Shown: piece by piece, positions 18,908 through 26,682 of the stretch
Layout of the letters: each line of letters begins with the position of its first letter
How positions within the stretch are numbered: position 1 is the first letter of the stretch
Source: a virus
Taxonomy: Duplodnaviria > Heunggongvirae > Uroviricota > Caudoviricetes
Virus record (IMG/VR): IMGVR_UViG_2660238346_000030
Direction: 5' to 3' (one strand)
DNA length: 34,158 nt
Translations under genes and position numbers: made by a program
The notes under the pieces: generated by a model
What the model saw: the letters and a program-made list of their open reading frames with translations, nothing else
What the model was told of the DNA's origin: nothing
Database searches by the model: none

Positions 18908-19371
18908 CAGATAAGCTCCACTGTGCAGTGCGGCGCGTCCTGTACCCGGCTGATGGCCCAGCGGGCGTCACGCCATAAATCACCGCTGGCTTCCGCCAGT
19001 TCCTCGCCCCGCTTCACACCGGATGCCGTGGCGTCATAGTCCTGGTAACGTTCGTTGAGCATGGCGCGTGCCCAGCAGTAAACCGCGTTGAAATAGTGCT
19101 GAATGCGCTCACTTTTGCCGTCCAGCTGTTCCGCCGGAACCTCTGCCAGCGAGGCATACCCCAGCATCTGCTGGCGTCTGCGAAACTCATACAGCTCTGC
19201 GTTGACCTCCGAAATTGCCGACAGCGCAACCTGCTTTAAACGCGGCTGCGTCACCGTGCCGTCAGTGCGCATGACACTGCGAAACTCCGACAGGTCCACA
19301 TCAGGCCAGAACGGCGTATTTCTGATGATTTCCGCCTGTTCCGGTGCCTGTTCTGGCGCAACAAACTTCAT
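18907..19371 (-). CDS. L: Head completion protein gpL
   Basis: Start at ATG 19371 with AGGAGA RBS (ORF track extends to 19434); synteny O-N-M-L. Confidence 0.78.
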   Translation of the reverse strand: MKFVAPEQAPEQAEIIRNTPFWPDVDLSEFRSVMRTDGTVTQPRLKQVALSAISEVNAELYEFRRRQQMLGYASLAEVPAEQLDGKSERIQHYFNAVYCWARAMLNERYQDYDATASGVKRGEELAEASGDLWRDARWAISRVQDAPHCTVELI

Positions 19372-19466
19372 GCTGCTTTCTCCTGAAATAGAGGGCGGTG
19401 GACGGGGTTTTGATGTGGCAGTGCCTTTCGCCACCCCGTGCCGCCCGTGCGCGGGGGCACGTTCTG

Positions 19467-20117
19467 TCAGCGGCTGTCATTGCGCAGTCTGCGCTCCAGC
19501 TGCTGTTTGTCTTTTTTCACGCCACAGCGGGGATCGAGCTGTAACGCATGGTTGAGATGATTAAGGGCAGACGCCGGATTGCTTTCACTCAGGACCGCGC
19601 CAATCGCTTTATGCAGACGCGCCCGTGACTGGTCCGGCATATCCAGACCGTCTGTCAGCTCCAGCGTCTGCAGCAACAGATCGGCATCAAAGCCGGTGGT
19701 GGCAAGCATTGCGCTCTGCGCGGCGTCTGCCATTTCCTCTGCCAGCACGGTCTGCACGTTGCGGTTACCCAGCGGCATCACCCAGCCATGACGCAGGGCA
19801 TGACGCCCGATCTCCAGCGCTCCGGCATAATCTCCAGCATCAATGCGCCACAGCATCACGTACATCAGCACGTCATCCTGTTGAGCGCCTCCGGCAGCCA
19901 GGACACCCTCTGCCCAGGCGGCGTACTTCGGCAGCAGCTCCACCTTGATTTCCGCTTTTTTGACCGTGGACTGAACGCCCTTGAGACGGCGGCGGTCTTC
20001 CGCCAGTTGCAGCAGCATCAGGTCATAGCCCGATGCGTGGCGAACACTGCCGCCCTCGCGGGCGGCCTGTTCAGCCTGAACGCGCAGGCGATGCTGCCGT
20101 GCGGGACTCAGGCTCAT
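19467..20117 (-). CDS. M: Terminase small/endonuclease subunit gpM
   Basis: 216 aa, synteny after major capsid gene. Confidence 0.8.
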   Translation of the reverse strand: MSLSPARQHRLRVQAEQAAREGGSVRHASGYDLMLLQLAEDRRRLKGVQSTVKKAEIKVELLPKYAAWAEGVLAAGGAQQDDVLMYVMLWRIDAGDYAGALEIGRHALRHGWVMPLGNRNVQTVLAEEMADAAQSAMLATTGFDADLLLQTLELTDGLDMPDQSRARLHKAIGAVLSESNPASALNHLNHALQLDPRCGVKKDKQQLERRLRNDSR

Positions 20118-20120
20118 GGA

Positions 20121-21179
20121 TTACGCTCCGGTTTCGGCTGCGGCGGCGCTGAAATCACCAATCTGGATGTTTTCCACCAGTGCGGCGCAGCGGTAGTCCT
20201 CAACCACATAGGCTTCGTTAACGGATTCAAAGTTTTCAATCCGGTCACGTTTCGGGTTGTCGATAACTGAACGGCGGCGGGTGTCTTCCTGCCAGTAGAT
20301 GGACAGGTTATCCAGACGGGTGATCAGCAGCGCATTCGGCGGGAAGAACGGCGCACGCACGGCCTGCAGGCCACCCATGCGTTTCTGACTGATGATCATA
20401 TCGGCAGCCAGTTTTTCACTGTTTTCCTGCTCTTTGTTGACCAGCGGGAAATACTTGTCAGACAGCAGTTCACGACCGCAAATCACCACCAGATCGTCAT
20501 CGTCCTGATAGACCACGTCGATAAGCTCATTAACGGCATCCATCACCACGGCGTCCAGGTTGGCATATTCGCCACCTTTCCCGACTTTCACCGCACCCGG
20601 TGTGGTTTCACCGCCCGTGGTGGTGCTGCCCATGACGTGATCCGGTGCATCCTCACGGATTTTCTGCAGCCAGCCTTTATTCACATCCTGCAGTAACGGG
20701 TTTTCGCTACGGTTGGAGGTTTTCGCACGCTTCACGCCGTTAAAGCCGATCATGATGCGGTCCAGTGCCTGACGTTTCACGATGGCGTCACGGATACGCA
20801 CCTGAAAATCCTGAAACTTCGCCCACAGGTCCAGCTTCGCGTAGGTCAGTACCGTGTCAAAGTTGGTCTGCTCGCATTTATATTCCACATCGACCATCAG
20901 CGTCGGATCGACAGGTTCACGCTCTTTCGCGGTGGTATCAGTGGTTCCGGCAATGGTGCTGCCAACTCCCAACCCCAGCAGCTGACCGGACTGCTCAGTC
21001 ACTGGCGTGACGTTAATCAGCGTCAGGAAAGCGGCGGATTGCTGGATCTGGTCTTCCAATGTCTGCTGCACGGACGGCTCTACGGTGAACTTGCTGGACA
21101 GTTCTTCAACTGCCACACCGTTCAGACGCGCCAGTTGCTGCAGGTAAGCGTTAAAAGCAAAGCGGGTATTCTTCTTCAT
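20121..21179 (-). CDS. N: Major capsid protein gpN
   Basis: 352 aa, P2 gpN-like. Confidence 0.88.
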   Translation of the reverse strand: MKKNTRFAFNAYLQQLARLNGVAVEELSSKFTVEPSVQQTLEDQIQQSAAFLTLINVTPVTEQSGQLLGLGVGSTIAGTTDTTAKEREPVDPTLMVDVEYKCEQTNFDTVLTYAKLDLWAKFQDFQVRIRDAIVKRQALDRIMIGFNGVKRAKTSNRSENPLLQDVNKGWLQKIREDAPDHVMGSTTTGGETTPGAVKVGKGGEYANLDAVVMDAVNELIDVVYQDDDDLVVICGRELLSDKYFPLVNKEQENSEKLAADMIISQKRMGGLQAVRAPFFPPNALLITRLDNLSIYWQEDTRRRSVIDNPKRDRIENFESVNEAYVVEDYRCAALVENIQIGDFSAAAAETGA

Positions 21180-21195
21180 CAGGTTTTGTGCTCCA

Positions 21196-22029
21196 TCAGC
21201 AATTGGTCAGAGTGTCAGCGGGGGCGTTACCGCCTGTTGCACGCTGGCGGTAGTCCTGGCGGCTGTCTTCTTGGCTCAGCTTGTCCACCAGTTCGTTAAA
21301 GGCGGTCTGCTGTGCCTGCAGGGCAGTCTCCAGCTCAGACAGGCGTTCTTCCTGCTCAGACAGGGATTTTTCGGTGCGCGCACTCAGGTTCTGCTGCTCA
21401 GTGGCGACCAGTTCCACGGCCTTATGCACATCAGAGAACCGGGCGTCATCGGACTGCTCTTTTTTGGTGAACAGCGCCGTGACACGGGCAAACAGGGACG
21501 GTTTGTCATCCTGGATTTCTTCCAGTTCGATCACCGTTTCCTCTGCAGCGGTAAAAAGATTGGCGGGATTCTGCTTGCGGTTTGCCAGCGGGTTATGGGC
21601 TGCACTGGCGCTGAATGTCAGCATTTCAGTGCCCAGACTGGCAGGGTCATCAGTGGCAGCCAGGCCGACCAGGTAGGCTTTGCCCGTATCAGCGAACTTC
21701 GGGCTGACTTCCATAGAGGTGAATAATTTCTGGCCTTTTTTCACCAGCTCCACCAGGGACTCCGTGGGCTCAACGTCGGCATACAGCGCCATCTTGCCTG
21801 CCAGCGGACCTTCCGTGATTTCTTCAGCAAACAGCGCCGTCACTTTGCCGTAGCGGTTAAAGGTGCTGTCCGGCAGATAAGACTTGATGTGCTCAAGGTT
21901 AATCAGCGCGGTGTAAACCGCCGGGTTGTAGCTGGCTGCCATCTGTTCCAGCCATTCACGCTGGATTTCGCGTCCGTCGGTGGTGGCACCTTCCACCCCG
22001 ATGCGAAAACGCTTTGCTTTCACTGTCAT
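21196..22029 (-). CDS. O: Capsid scaffolding protein gpO
   Basis: 277 aa, acidic coiled-coil C-terminal part; divergent from P. Confidence 0.82.
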   Translation of the reverse strand: MTVKAKRFRIGVEGATTDGREIQREWLEQMAASYNPAVYTALINLEHIKSYLPDSTFNRYGKVTALFAEEITEGPLAGKMALYADVEPTESLVELVKKGQKLFTSMEVSPKFADTGKAYLVGLAATDDPASLGTEMLTFSASAAHNPLANRKQNPANLFTAAEETVIELEEIQDDKPSLFARVTALFTKKEQSDDARFSDVHKAVELVATEQQNLSARTEKSLSEQEERLSELETALQAQQTAFNELVDKLSQEDSRQDYRQRATGGNAPADTLTNC

Positions 22030-22107
22030 GAGCCGTGCTCCGTTAGAAAAAACTTACTGGAGCCTTATGGTTGCGGTGATGGGGGCAGTGAAACAATGCG
22101 CGGTATT

Positions 22108-22125
22108 TGTACCGACAACCACACA
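22108..22125. promoter_or_regulatory. Putative late-promoter activator site (TGT-N12-ACA) in the divergent P/O intergenic region
   Basis: TGTACCGACAACCACACA, 47 bp upstream of the P start; shares TGTACCG...CACACA with the FI site. Confidence 0.5.
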
Positions 22126-22171
22126 AACCGCAGGCGGGGAAAGCCTTCATTCAAGGCTGTAGGTTTGTGCC

Positions 22172-23938
22172 ATGAACACCACACTGACACCCGCAGATCT
22201 CGATCCCCGTCGGCAGGCCATGCTGCTGTACTTTCAGGGATACCGCGTAGCCCGCATTGCTGAAATGCTGGGCGAGAAAGTTGCAACCGTTCACAGCTGG
22301 AAAAAACGCGACAAGTGGGGTGACTATGGGCCGCTGGATCAGATGCAGCTCACCACCGCCGCACGCTACTGCCAGCTCATTATGAAGGAGCACAAAGAAG
22401 GGAAAGATTTCAAAGAAATTGACCTGCTGGCGCGCCAGTCGGAACGCCACGCGCGGATCGGCAAGTTTAACAATGGCGGCAACGAAGCCGACTTAAACCC
22501 TAACGTCGCCAACCGTAACAAAGGCCCGCGCCGTCAGCCGGAAAAGAATGTTTTCACCGATGAACAAATTGAGAAGCTGGAAGAAATTTTCCATTCCTCC
22601 ATGTTTAACTACCAGCGCCACTGGTGGGAAGCCGGAAAAACCAACCGCATCCGCAACCTGCTAAAGTCACGCCAGATCGGCGCGACCTTCTATTTTGCCC
22701 GTGAGGCCCTGATTGACGCCCTGCTTACCGGACGTAACCAGATTTTCCTTTCTGCCAGTAAGGCACAGGCTCACGTCTTTAAGCAGTACATCATCGATTT
22801 CGCCAATGAAGTCGAGGTGGAGCTGAAAGGTGATCCGATGGTGCTTCCTAACGGGGCCACGCTTTACTTCCTCGGCACCAATGCCCGCACGGCCCAGAGT
22901 TACCACGGCAACCTGTATCTGGATGAATATTTCTGGATACCGAAATTCCAGGAGCTGCGCAAAGTGGCTTCCGGTATGGCTATTCACAAAAAATGGCGAC
23001 AGACCTATTTTTCCACGCCATCCAGCCTGACACACAGTGCTTATCCGTTCTGGTCCGGTGCGCTGTTCAACCGAGGGCGCAACAAAGCCGATAAGGTGGA
23101 CATCGACCTGTCCCACAGCAATCTGGCCCCCGGCCTGCTGTGCGCAGACGGGCAGTACCGCCAGATAGTCACTGTGGAAGATGCGGTGCGCGGCGGATGT
23201 AACCTGTTCGACCTTGACCAGTTGCGCATGGAGTACAGCCCGGACGAATACCAGAATCTGCTGATGTGTGAGTTCGTGGACGATCTCGCGTCCGTATTCC
23301 CGCTCAGCGAGCTGCAGGCGTGCATGGTAGACAGCTGGGAAGTCTGGACCGACTTTCATGCACTGGCGCTGCGCCCGTTTGGCTGGCGCGAAGTGTGGAT
23401 CGGTTATGACCCGGCAAAAGGTACGCAGAACGGCGACAGCGCCGGATGCGTGGTGGTGGCACCGCCAGCCGTGCCAGGTGGTAAGTTCCGCATTCTTGAG
23501 CGTCACCAGTGGCGCGGAATGGACTTCCGCGCCCAGGCTGATGCCATTAAAAAACTGACGCAGCAGTACAACGTGACATATATCGGCATCGACTCGACCG
23601 GCGTTGGTCACGGTGTCTACGAGAACGTGAAAGCGTTCTTTCCTGCGGTGCGGGAGTTTGTCTACAACCCCAACGTCAAAAACGCACTGGTGCTCAAGGC
23701 ATACGACATTATCAGCCACCGCCGTCTGGAGTTTGACGCCGGGCACACCGACATTGCGCAATCCTTTATGGCTATCCGTCGCGCCACTACAGCCAGCGGC
23801 AACCGCCCTACCTATGAAGCCAGCCGCAGCGAAGAAGCCAGCCACGCAGATTTGGCCTGGGCAACGATGCACGCACTGTTTAACGAACCGCTGCAGGGCG
23901 AAGCCGCCAATACCAGCAACATTGTGGAGATTTTCTGA
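22172..23938 (+). CDS. P: Terminase large subunit (ATPase-nuclease) gpP
   Basis: 588 aa; ATPase core (KSRQIGATF, LYLDEY) and C-terminal nuclease-like region; divergent from O as in P2. Confidence 0.9.
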   Translation: MNTTLTPADLDPRRQAMLLYFQGYRVARIAEMLGEKVATVHSWKKRDKWGDYGPLDQMQLTTAARYCQLIMKEHKEGKDFKEIDLLARQSERHARIGKFNNGGNEADLNPNVANRNKGPRRQPEKNVFTDEQIEKLEEIFHSSMFNYQRHWWEAGKTNRIRNLLKSRQIGATFYFAREALIDALLTGRNQIFLSASKAQAHVFKQYIIDFANEVEVELKGDPMVLPNGATLYFLGTNARTAQSYHGNLYLDEYFWIPKFQELRKVASGMAIHKKWRQTYFSTPSSLTHSAYPFWSGALFNRGRNKADKVDIDLSHSNLAPGLLCADGQYRQIVTVEDAVRGGCNLFDLDQLRMEYSPDEYQNLLMCEFVDDLASVFPLSELQACMVDSWEVWTDFHALALRPFGWREVWIGYDPAKGTQNGDSAGCVVVAPPAVPGGKFRILERHQWRGMDFRAQADAIKKLTQQYNVTYIGIDSTGVGHGVYENVKAFFPAVREFVYNPNVKNALVLKAYDIISHRRLEFDAGHTDIAQSFMAIRRATTASGNRPTYEASRSEEASHADLAWATMHALFNEPLQGEAANTSNIVEIF

Positions 23939-24663
23939 TGCACTCAACCCCAACTAACCTCATGACCACCGCCAGCCTGCCTGTAGATCGCCCTTTCTTT
24001 GCTTACCAGCATGAATGGAACAGTGGCGCACGCAGCAGAAACCGCGTGCTTACAAAAATGCGTCAGGCTGGCGCGGATTTCTTTTTCGCCTACGAAGCCC
24101 TGAACGATGCACTGCACACCGGACGCAACCAGATTTTTCTGGGCTGCACCCCGGCATCAGCCCTGACCGTCAAAACCTATATATCAGCTTTTTTAAGTGA
24201 GGCAGCAGCCTGGACGCATCTTGGGAAAATAAAATCAGGTAAAGCGCATCTGGAACTCCCAAACGGTGCGGTCATTTATTTTATCGGGCCGGAAAGTCTC
24301 GCCGCCGCGCTCCATGGAAACGTCTACGTGTCAGAGTATGCCTGGGCTGACTCCCCCAAAAATATGATTGCGCTCGCCAAAAGCCTGTCCATGCACGCGC
24401 GCTATCACGCTACCTACTACACCACCCCAAGCCCCAGCCCGGAAGCATGGCAGGAATACAAGAATCTGATCGCCCGCAACAGCACTACCTGCATGACCTT
24501 TACCGCTGATGACGCTGCAGCATCCGGGGCTACGCTCGCAACCGGAGCCGCGCTCTTTGATGATGAATGGCTGAATGACATGAAAAAAGAATTATCACCG
24601 GAGGACTGGAAAATGCTGTTTATGTGCGAATGGCCCCAGGCTGACAAGGAGCAGGCGGCATGA
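23938..24663 (+). CDS. Truncated paralog of the terminase large-subunit ATPase core, translationally coupled between P and Q
   Basis: 241 aa; aligns with the P ATPase core by eye (KMRQAGADFFFAYEALNDALHTGRNQIFL vs KSRQIGATFYFAREALIDALLTGRNQIFL; HGNVYVSEYAW vs HGNLYLDEYFW; LFMCEW vs LLMCEF); start overlaps P stop, stop overlaps Q start. Confidence 0.7.
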   Translation: MHSTPTNLMTTASLPVDRPFFAYQHEWNSGARSRNRVLTKMRQAGADFFFAYEALNDALHTGRNQIFLGCTPASALTVKTYISAFLSEAAAWTHLGKIKSGKAHLELPNGAVIYFIGPESLAAALHGNVYVSEYAWADSPKNMIALAKSLSMHARYHATYYTTPSPSPEAWQEYKNLIARNSTTCMTFTADDAAASGATLATGAALFDDEWLNDMKKELSPEDWKMLFMCEWPQADKEQAA

Positions 24664-25715
24664 GCAAACGTAAAAACAAGAACAACCGCGCAGCGGTGGA
24701 TCACAACGCAGAATCTGGCGGCGCTGCGGCAGAGGCGTTTAGCTTTGGCGACCCGGTGCCGGTGTTAGACCGACGCGAATTGCTGGACTACGTGGAATGC
24801 GTGCAGATGGACCGCTGGTATGAGCCGCCGGTGAGCTTTGACGGACTGGCGCGGACCTATCGCGCCGCCGTGCATCACAGCTCACCGATTGCCGTTAAGC
24901 GTGACATTCTCAGCAGTACCTACATCCCGCACCGCCTGCTCAGCCAGCAGGCTTTTGCCCGTTTCGTACAGGACTATCTGGTGTTCGGTAACGCCTATCT
25001 GGAAAAGCGCACCAACCGGCTCGGCGGCGTTCTCTCACTGGAGCCAGCACTGGCGAAGTACACACGCCGTGGCGTGGACCTCGACACCTACTGGTTTGTG
25101 CAGTATGGCCTGACCACGCAGCCCTATGAATTTACGCAGGGCAACATCTTTCATCTGCTGGAGCCGGATATTAACCAGGAGATTTACGGGCTGCCCGGCT
25201 ATCTCTCCGCCATCCCGTCAACCCTGCTCAACGAGTCCGCAACGCTGTTCCGCCGGAAGTATTACATCAACGGCAGCCATGCGGGTTTCATCATGTACAT
25301 GACCGACGCAGCACAGAATCAGGAGGACGTGAACAATATCCGCCAGGCAATGAAAAGCGCCAAAGGGCCGGGCAACTTCCGTAACCTGTTTATGTACTCA
25401 CCCAACGGTAAAAAGGACGGCATCCAGATCATCCCGTTATCGGAGGTTGCGGCAAAGGATGAGTTTCTGAACATCAAGAACGTGAGCCGCGATGACATGA
25501 TGGCAGCGCACCGCGTACCGCCGCAGATGATGGGCATTATTCCCAACAATACCGGCGGCTTTGGTGATGTGGAAAAGGCCAGCCGCGTCTTTGTCCGCAA
25601 CGAGCTGATGCCGCTGCAGAAGCGACTGCAGGAGCTTAACGACTGGCTTGGAGAAGAAGTGATCCGCTTTGAGCCGTACACGCTGGGACTGACAGAAGAC
25701 AAGCGCAACGACTGA
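24660..25715 (+). CDS. Q: Portal protein gpQ
   Basis: 351 aa, last gene of the packaging operon next to the putative cos region. Confidence 0.88.
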   Translation: MSKRKNKNNRAAVDHNAESGGAAAEAFSFGDPVPVLDRRELLDYVECVQMDRWYEPPVSFDGLARTYRAAVHHSSPIAVKRDILSSTYIPHRLLSQQAFARFVQDYLVFGNAYLEKRTNRLGGVLSLEPALAKYTRRGVDLDTYWFVQYGLTTQPYEFTQGNIFHLLEPDINQEIYGLPGYLSAIPSTLLNESATLFRRKYYINGSHAGFIMYMTDAAQNQEDVNNIRQAMKSAKGPGNFRNLFMYSPNGKKDGIQIIPLSEVAAKDEFLNIKNVSRDDMMAAHRVPPQMMGIIPNNTGGFGDVEKASRVFVRNELMPLQKRLQELNDWLGEEVIRFEPYTLGLTEDKRND

Positions 25716-25750
25716 CCCACCGCACCACGACAACAAGACTACCCCTCACA

Positions 25751-25787
25751 GCGCCCCAGCAGCATTCTGCGGGGCGCTTCTTTTTTT
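25751..25787 (+). terminator. Rho-independent terminator after Q
   Basis: GCGCCCC (25751-25757) / GGGGCGC (25771-25777) stem followed by TTCTTTTTTT. Confidence 0.65.
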
Positions 25788-25869
25788 CTGCCGCTCCCCC
25801 ACCCTCACCAATTGAAGCCGCCAGCGTGCCGGAGATTGCGCCGGATTTTCACCATTTCACCCCGTTGCG

Positions 25870-25888
25870 CGCGCTCGTATCCCCGCTA
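25870..25888. other. Putative cos (cohesive end) site
   Basis: Minus strand reads GGCGTAGCGGGGATACGAG, resembling the 19-nt cohesive ends of P2/186 as I recall them (GGCG.GGCGGGGAAAGCA.); located about 160 bp beyond Q. Confidence 0.3.
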
Positions 25889-25935
25889 CGCCTGCCCGCT
25901 TTATGTAGTGGTTTTCATGCACCTGCATGATCTAC

Positions 25936-25961
25936 GCAAAAGCCCGCCAGTTCTGGCGGGC
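25936..25961 (-). terminator. Putative terminator for the minus-strand SOS operon
   Basis: Stem GCCCGCCAG / CTGGCGGGC with 2-nt loop, followed on the minus strand by TTTTG. Confidence 0.4.
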
Positions 25962-26096
25962 CTTAGCAAAAACGATCCTCAAACGATCATGCGATCTCAT
26001 GCGGCATAGACATGCACTACAGAGCTAACGCCTCGCAAGGGCTCGTTGTTCAACCTTGCTGACGCCAGAAGCAAGTTCAGACGCCAGCAACGTTTC

Positions 26097-26330
26097 TTAA
26101 TGCAGCCAGCTGTCGTCTTCCCACACCTTCTGCATAATTTTCATCACTTGTTTTCTTTCTTCGTCCAGTTGCAGTCCGGTTAGTTCCACACCGTTAGAGC
26201 TACCTTTGCGAATGCGAATTACCGTTTTGGGATACAGGGGGCGCAGATTGCGGTAAAGCTCGGATTCAAGGGCGTCCAGGGTAGACTGGCTAATCTTCTG
26301 CTCTTTATCGATCATTATTTCAATGCGCAT
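26097..26330 (-). CDS. DinI-family protein
   Basis: 78 aa from ATG 26330 with GAGGTGA RBS (ORF track extends to 26402); similar by eye to E. coli DinI (MRIEIMIDK...LDALESEL...KIMQKVWEDDSW); operon preceded by a LexA box. Confidence 0.8.
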   Translation of the reverse strand: MRIEIMIDKEQKISQSTLDALESELYRNLRPLYPKTVIRIRKGSSNGVELTGLQLDEERKQVMKIMQKVWEDDSWLH

Positions 26331-26340
26331 AAAAGTCACC

Positions 26341-26529
26341 TCAGCTGATGACATCCATTGAGCGGTTGTATTCGTGGGTTCTGATTTTTGCCATGAGTTC
26401 ATCAGTCAATTCAGAAACCCACTGCAGAGCCAGCCCCTTCTCTTCATCACTACACTCACTAGCCGCTACAAGCTTAAGAAAAAAATCAATGCGCTGGAGC
26501 TTCAAAGACTCCAAAAAATAGTCCTGCAT
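26341..26529 (-). CDS. Small SOS-inducible protein, candidate antirepressor (Tum/GfoA-like by position)
   Basis: 62 aa from ATG 26529 with AGGAGG RBS (ORF track extends to 26631); first gene of the LexA-boxed operon, 10 nt upstream of the dinI-like gene. Confidence 0.5.
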   Translation of the reverse strand: MQDYFLESLKLQRIDFFLKLVAASECSDEEKGLALQWVSELTDELMAKIRTHEYNRSMDVIS

Positions 26530-26570
26530 CTTTCCTCCTATGACACCACACGCAATACTATATGTATAAC

Positions 26571-26590
26571 CACTGTTTATATTTACAGTA
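26571..26590 (-). promoter_or_regulatory. LexA box (SOS operator) overlapping the promoter of the small-ORF/dinI-like operon
   Basis: CACTGTTTATATTTACAGTA, i.e. CTGT-N8-ACAG with AT-rich spacer, 40-60 bp upstream of the start codon at 26529. Confidence 0.78.
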
Positions 26591-26682
26591 TATAATAATC
26601 TTACTGATGTAAAACGTTTTTTTACGTTCATCAGCCTGATATGCCTGGTATTATTAATAGCACGAATTGTTAACCCGCGTAA

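Noticed and set aside
22667-23953. 428-aa minus-strand ORF
   Set aside because: Lies entirely antisense to terminase gene P; no RBS or operon context; the terminase frame has clear family motifs.
25812-26009. 65-aa plus-strand ORF in the Q to dinI gap
   Set aside because: Falls in a terminator/cos-like non-coding region; Arg/Pro-rich translation without RBS.
26331-26631. Longer versions of the two SOS-module ORFs (26097..26402 and 26341..26631), and the possibility of a single frameshifted Tum-like fusion
   Set aside because: The extended starts overlap the neighbouring gene or the LexA box; internal ATGs at 26330 and 26529 each have a strong RBS; the junction is a normal stop-RBS-start arrangement, not a frameshift.
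25716-26682. Search for large anti-phage defence cargo (old, tin, restriction or abortive-infection genes) at the old/tin and Z/fun hotspots
   Set aside because: Neither slot is large enough for such cargo: the old/tin position holds only the two-gene SOS module and the Z/fun position holds the invertase and fibre switch; no nuclease, ATPase or reverse-transcriptase ORFs were seen there.
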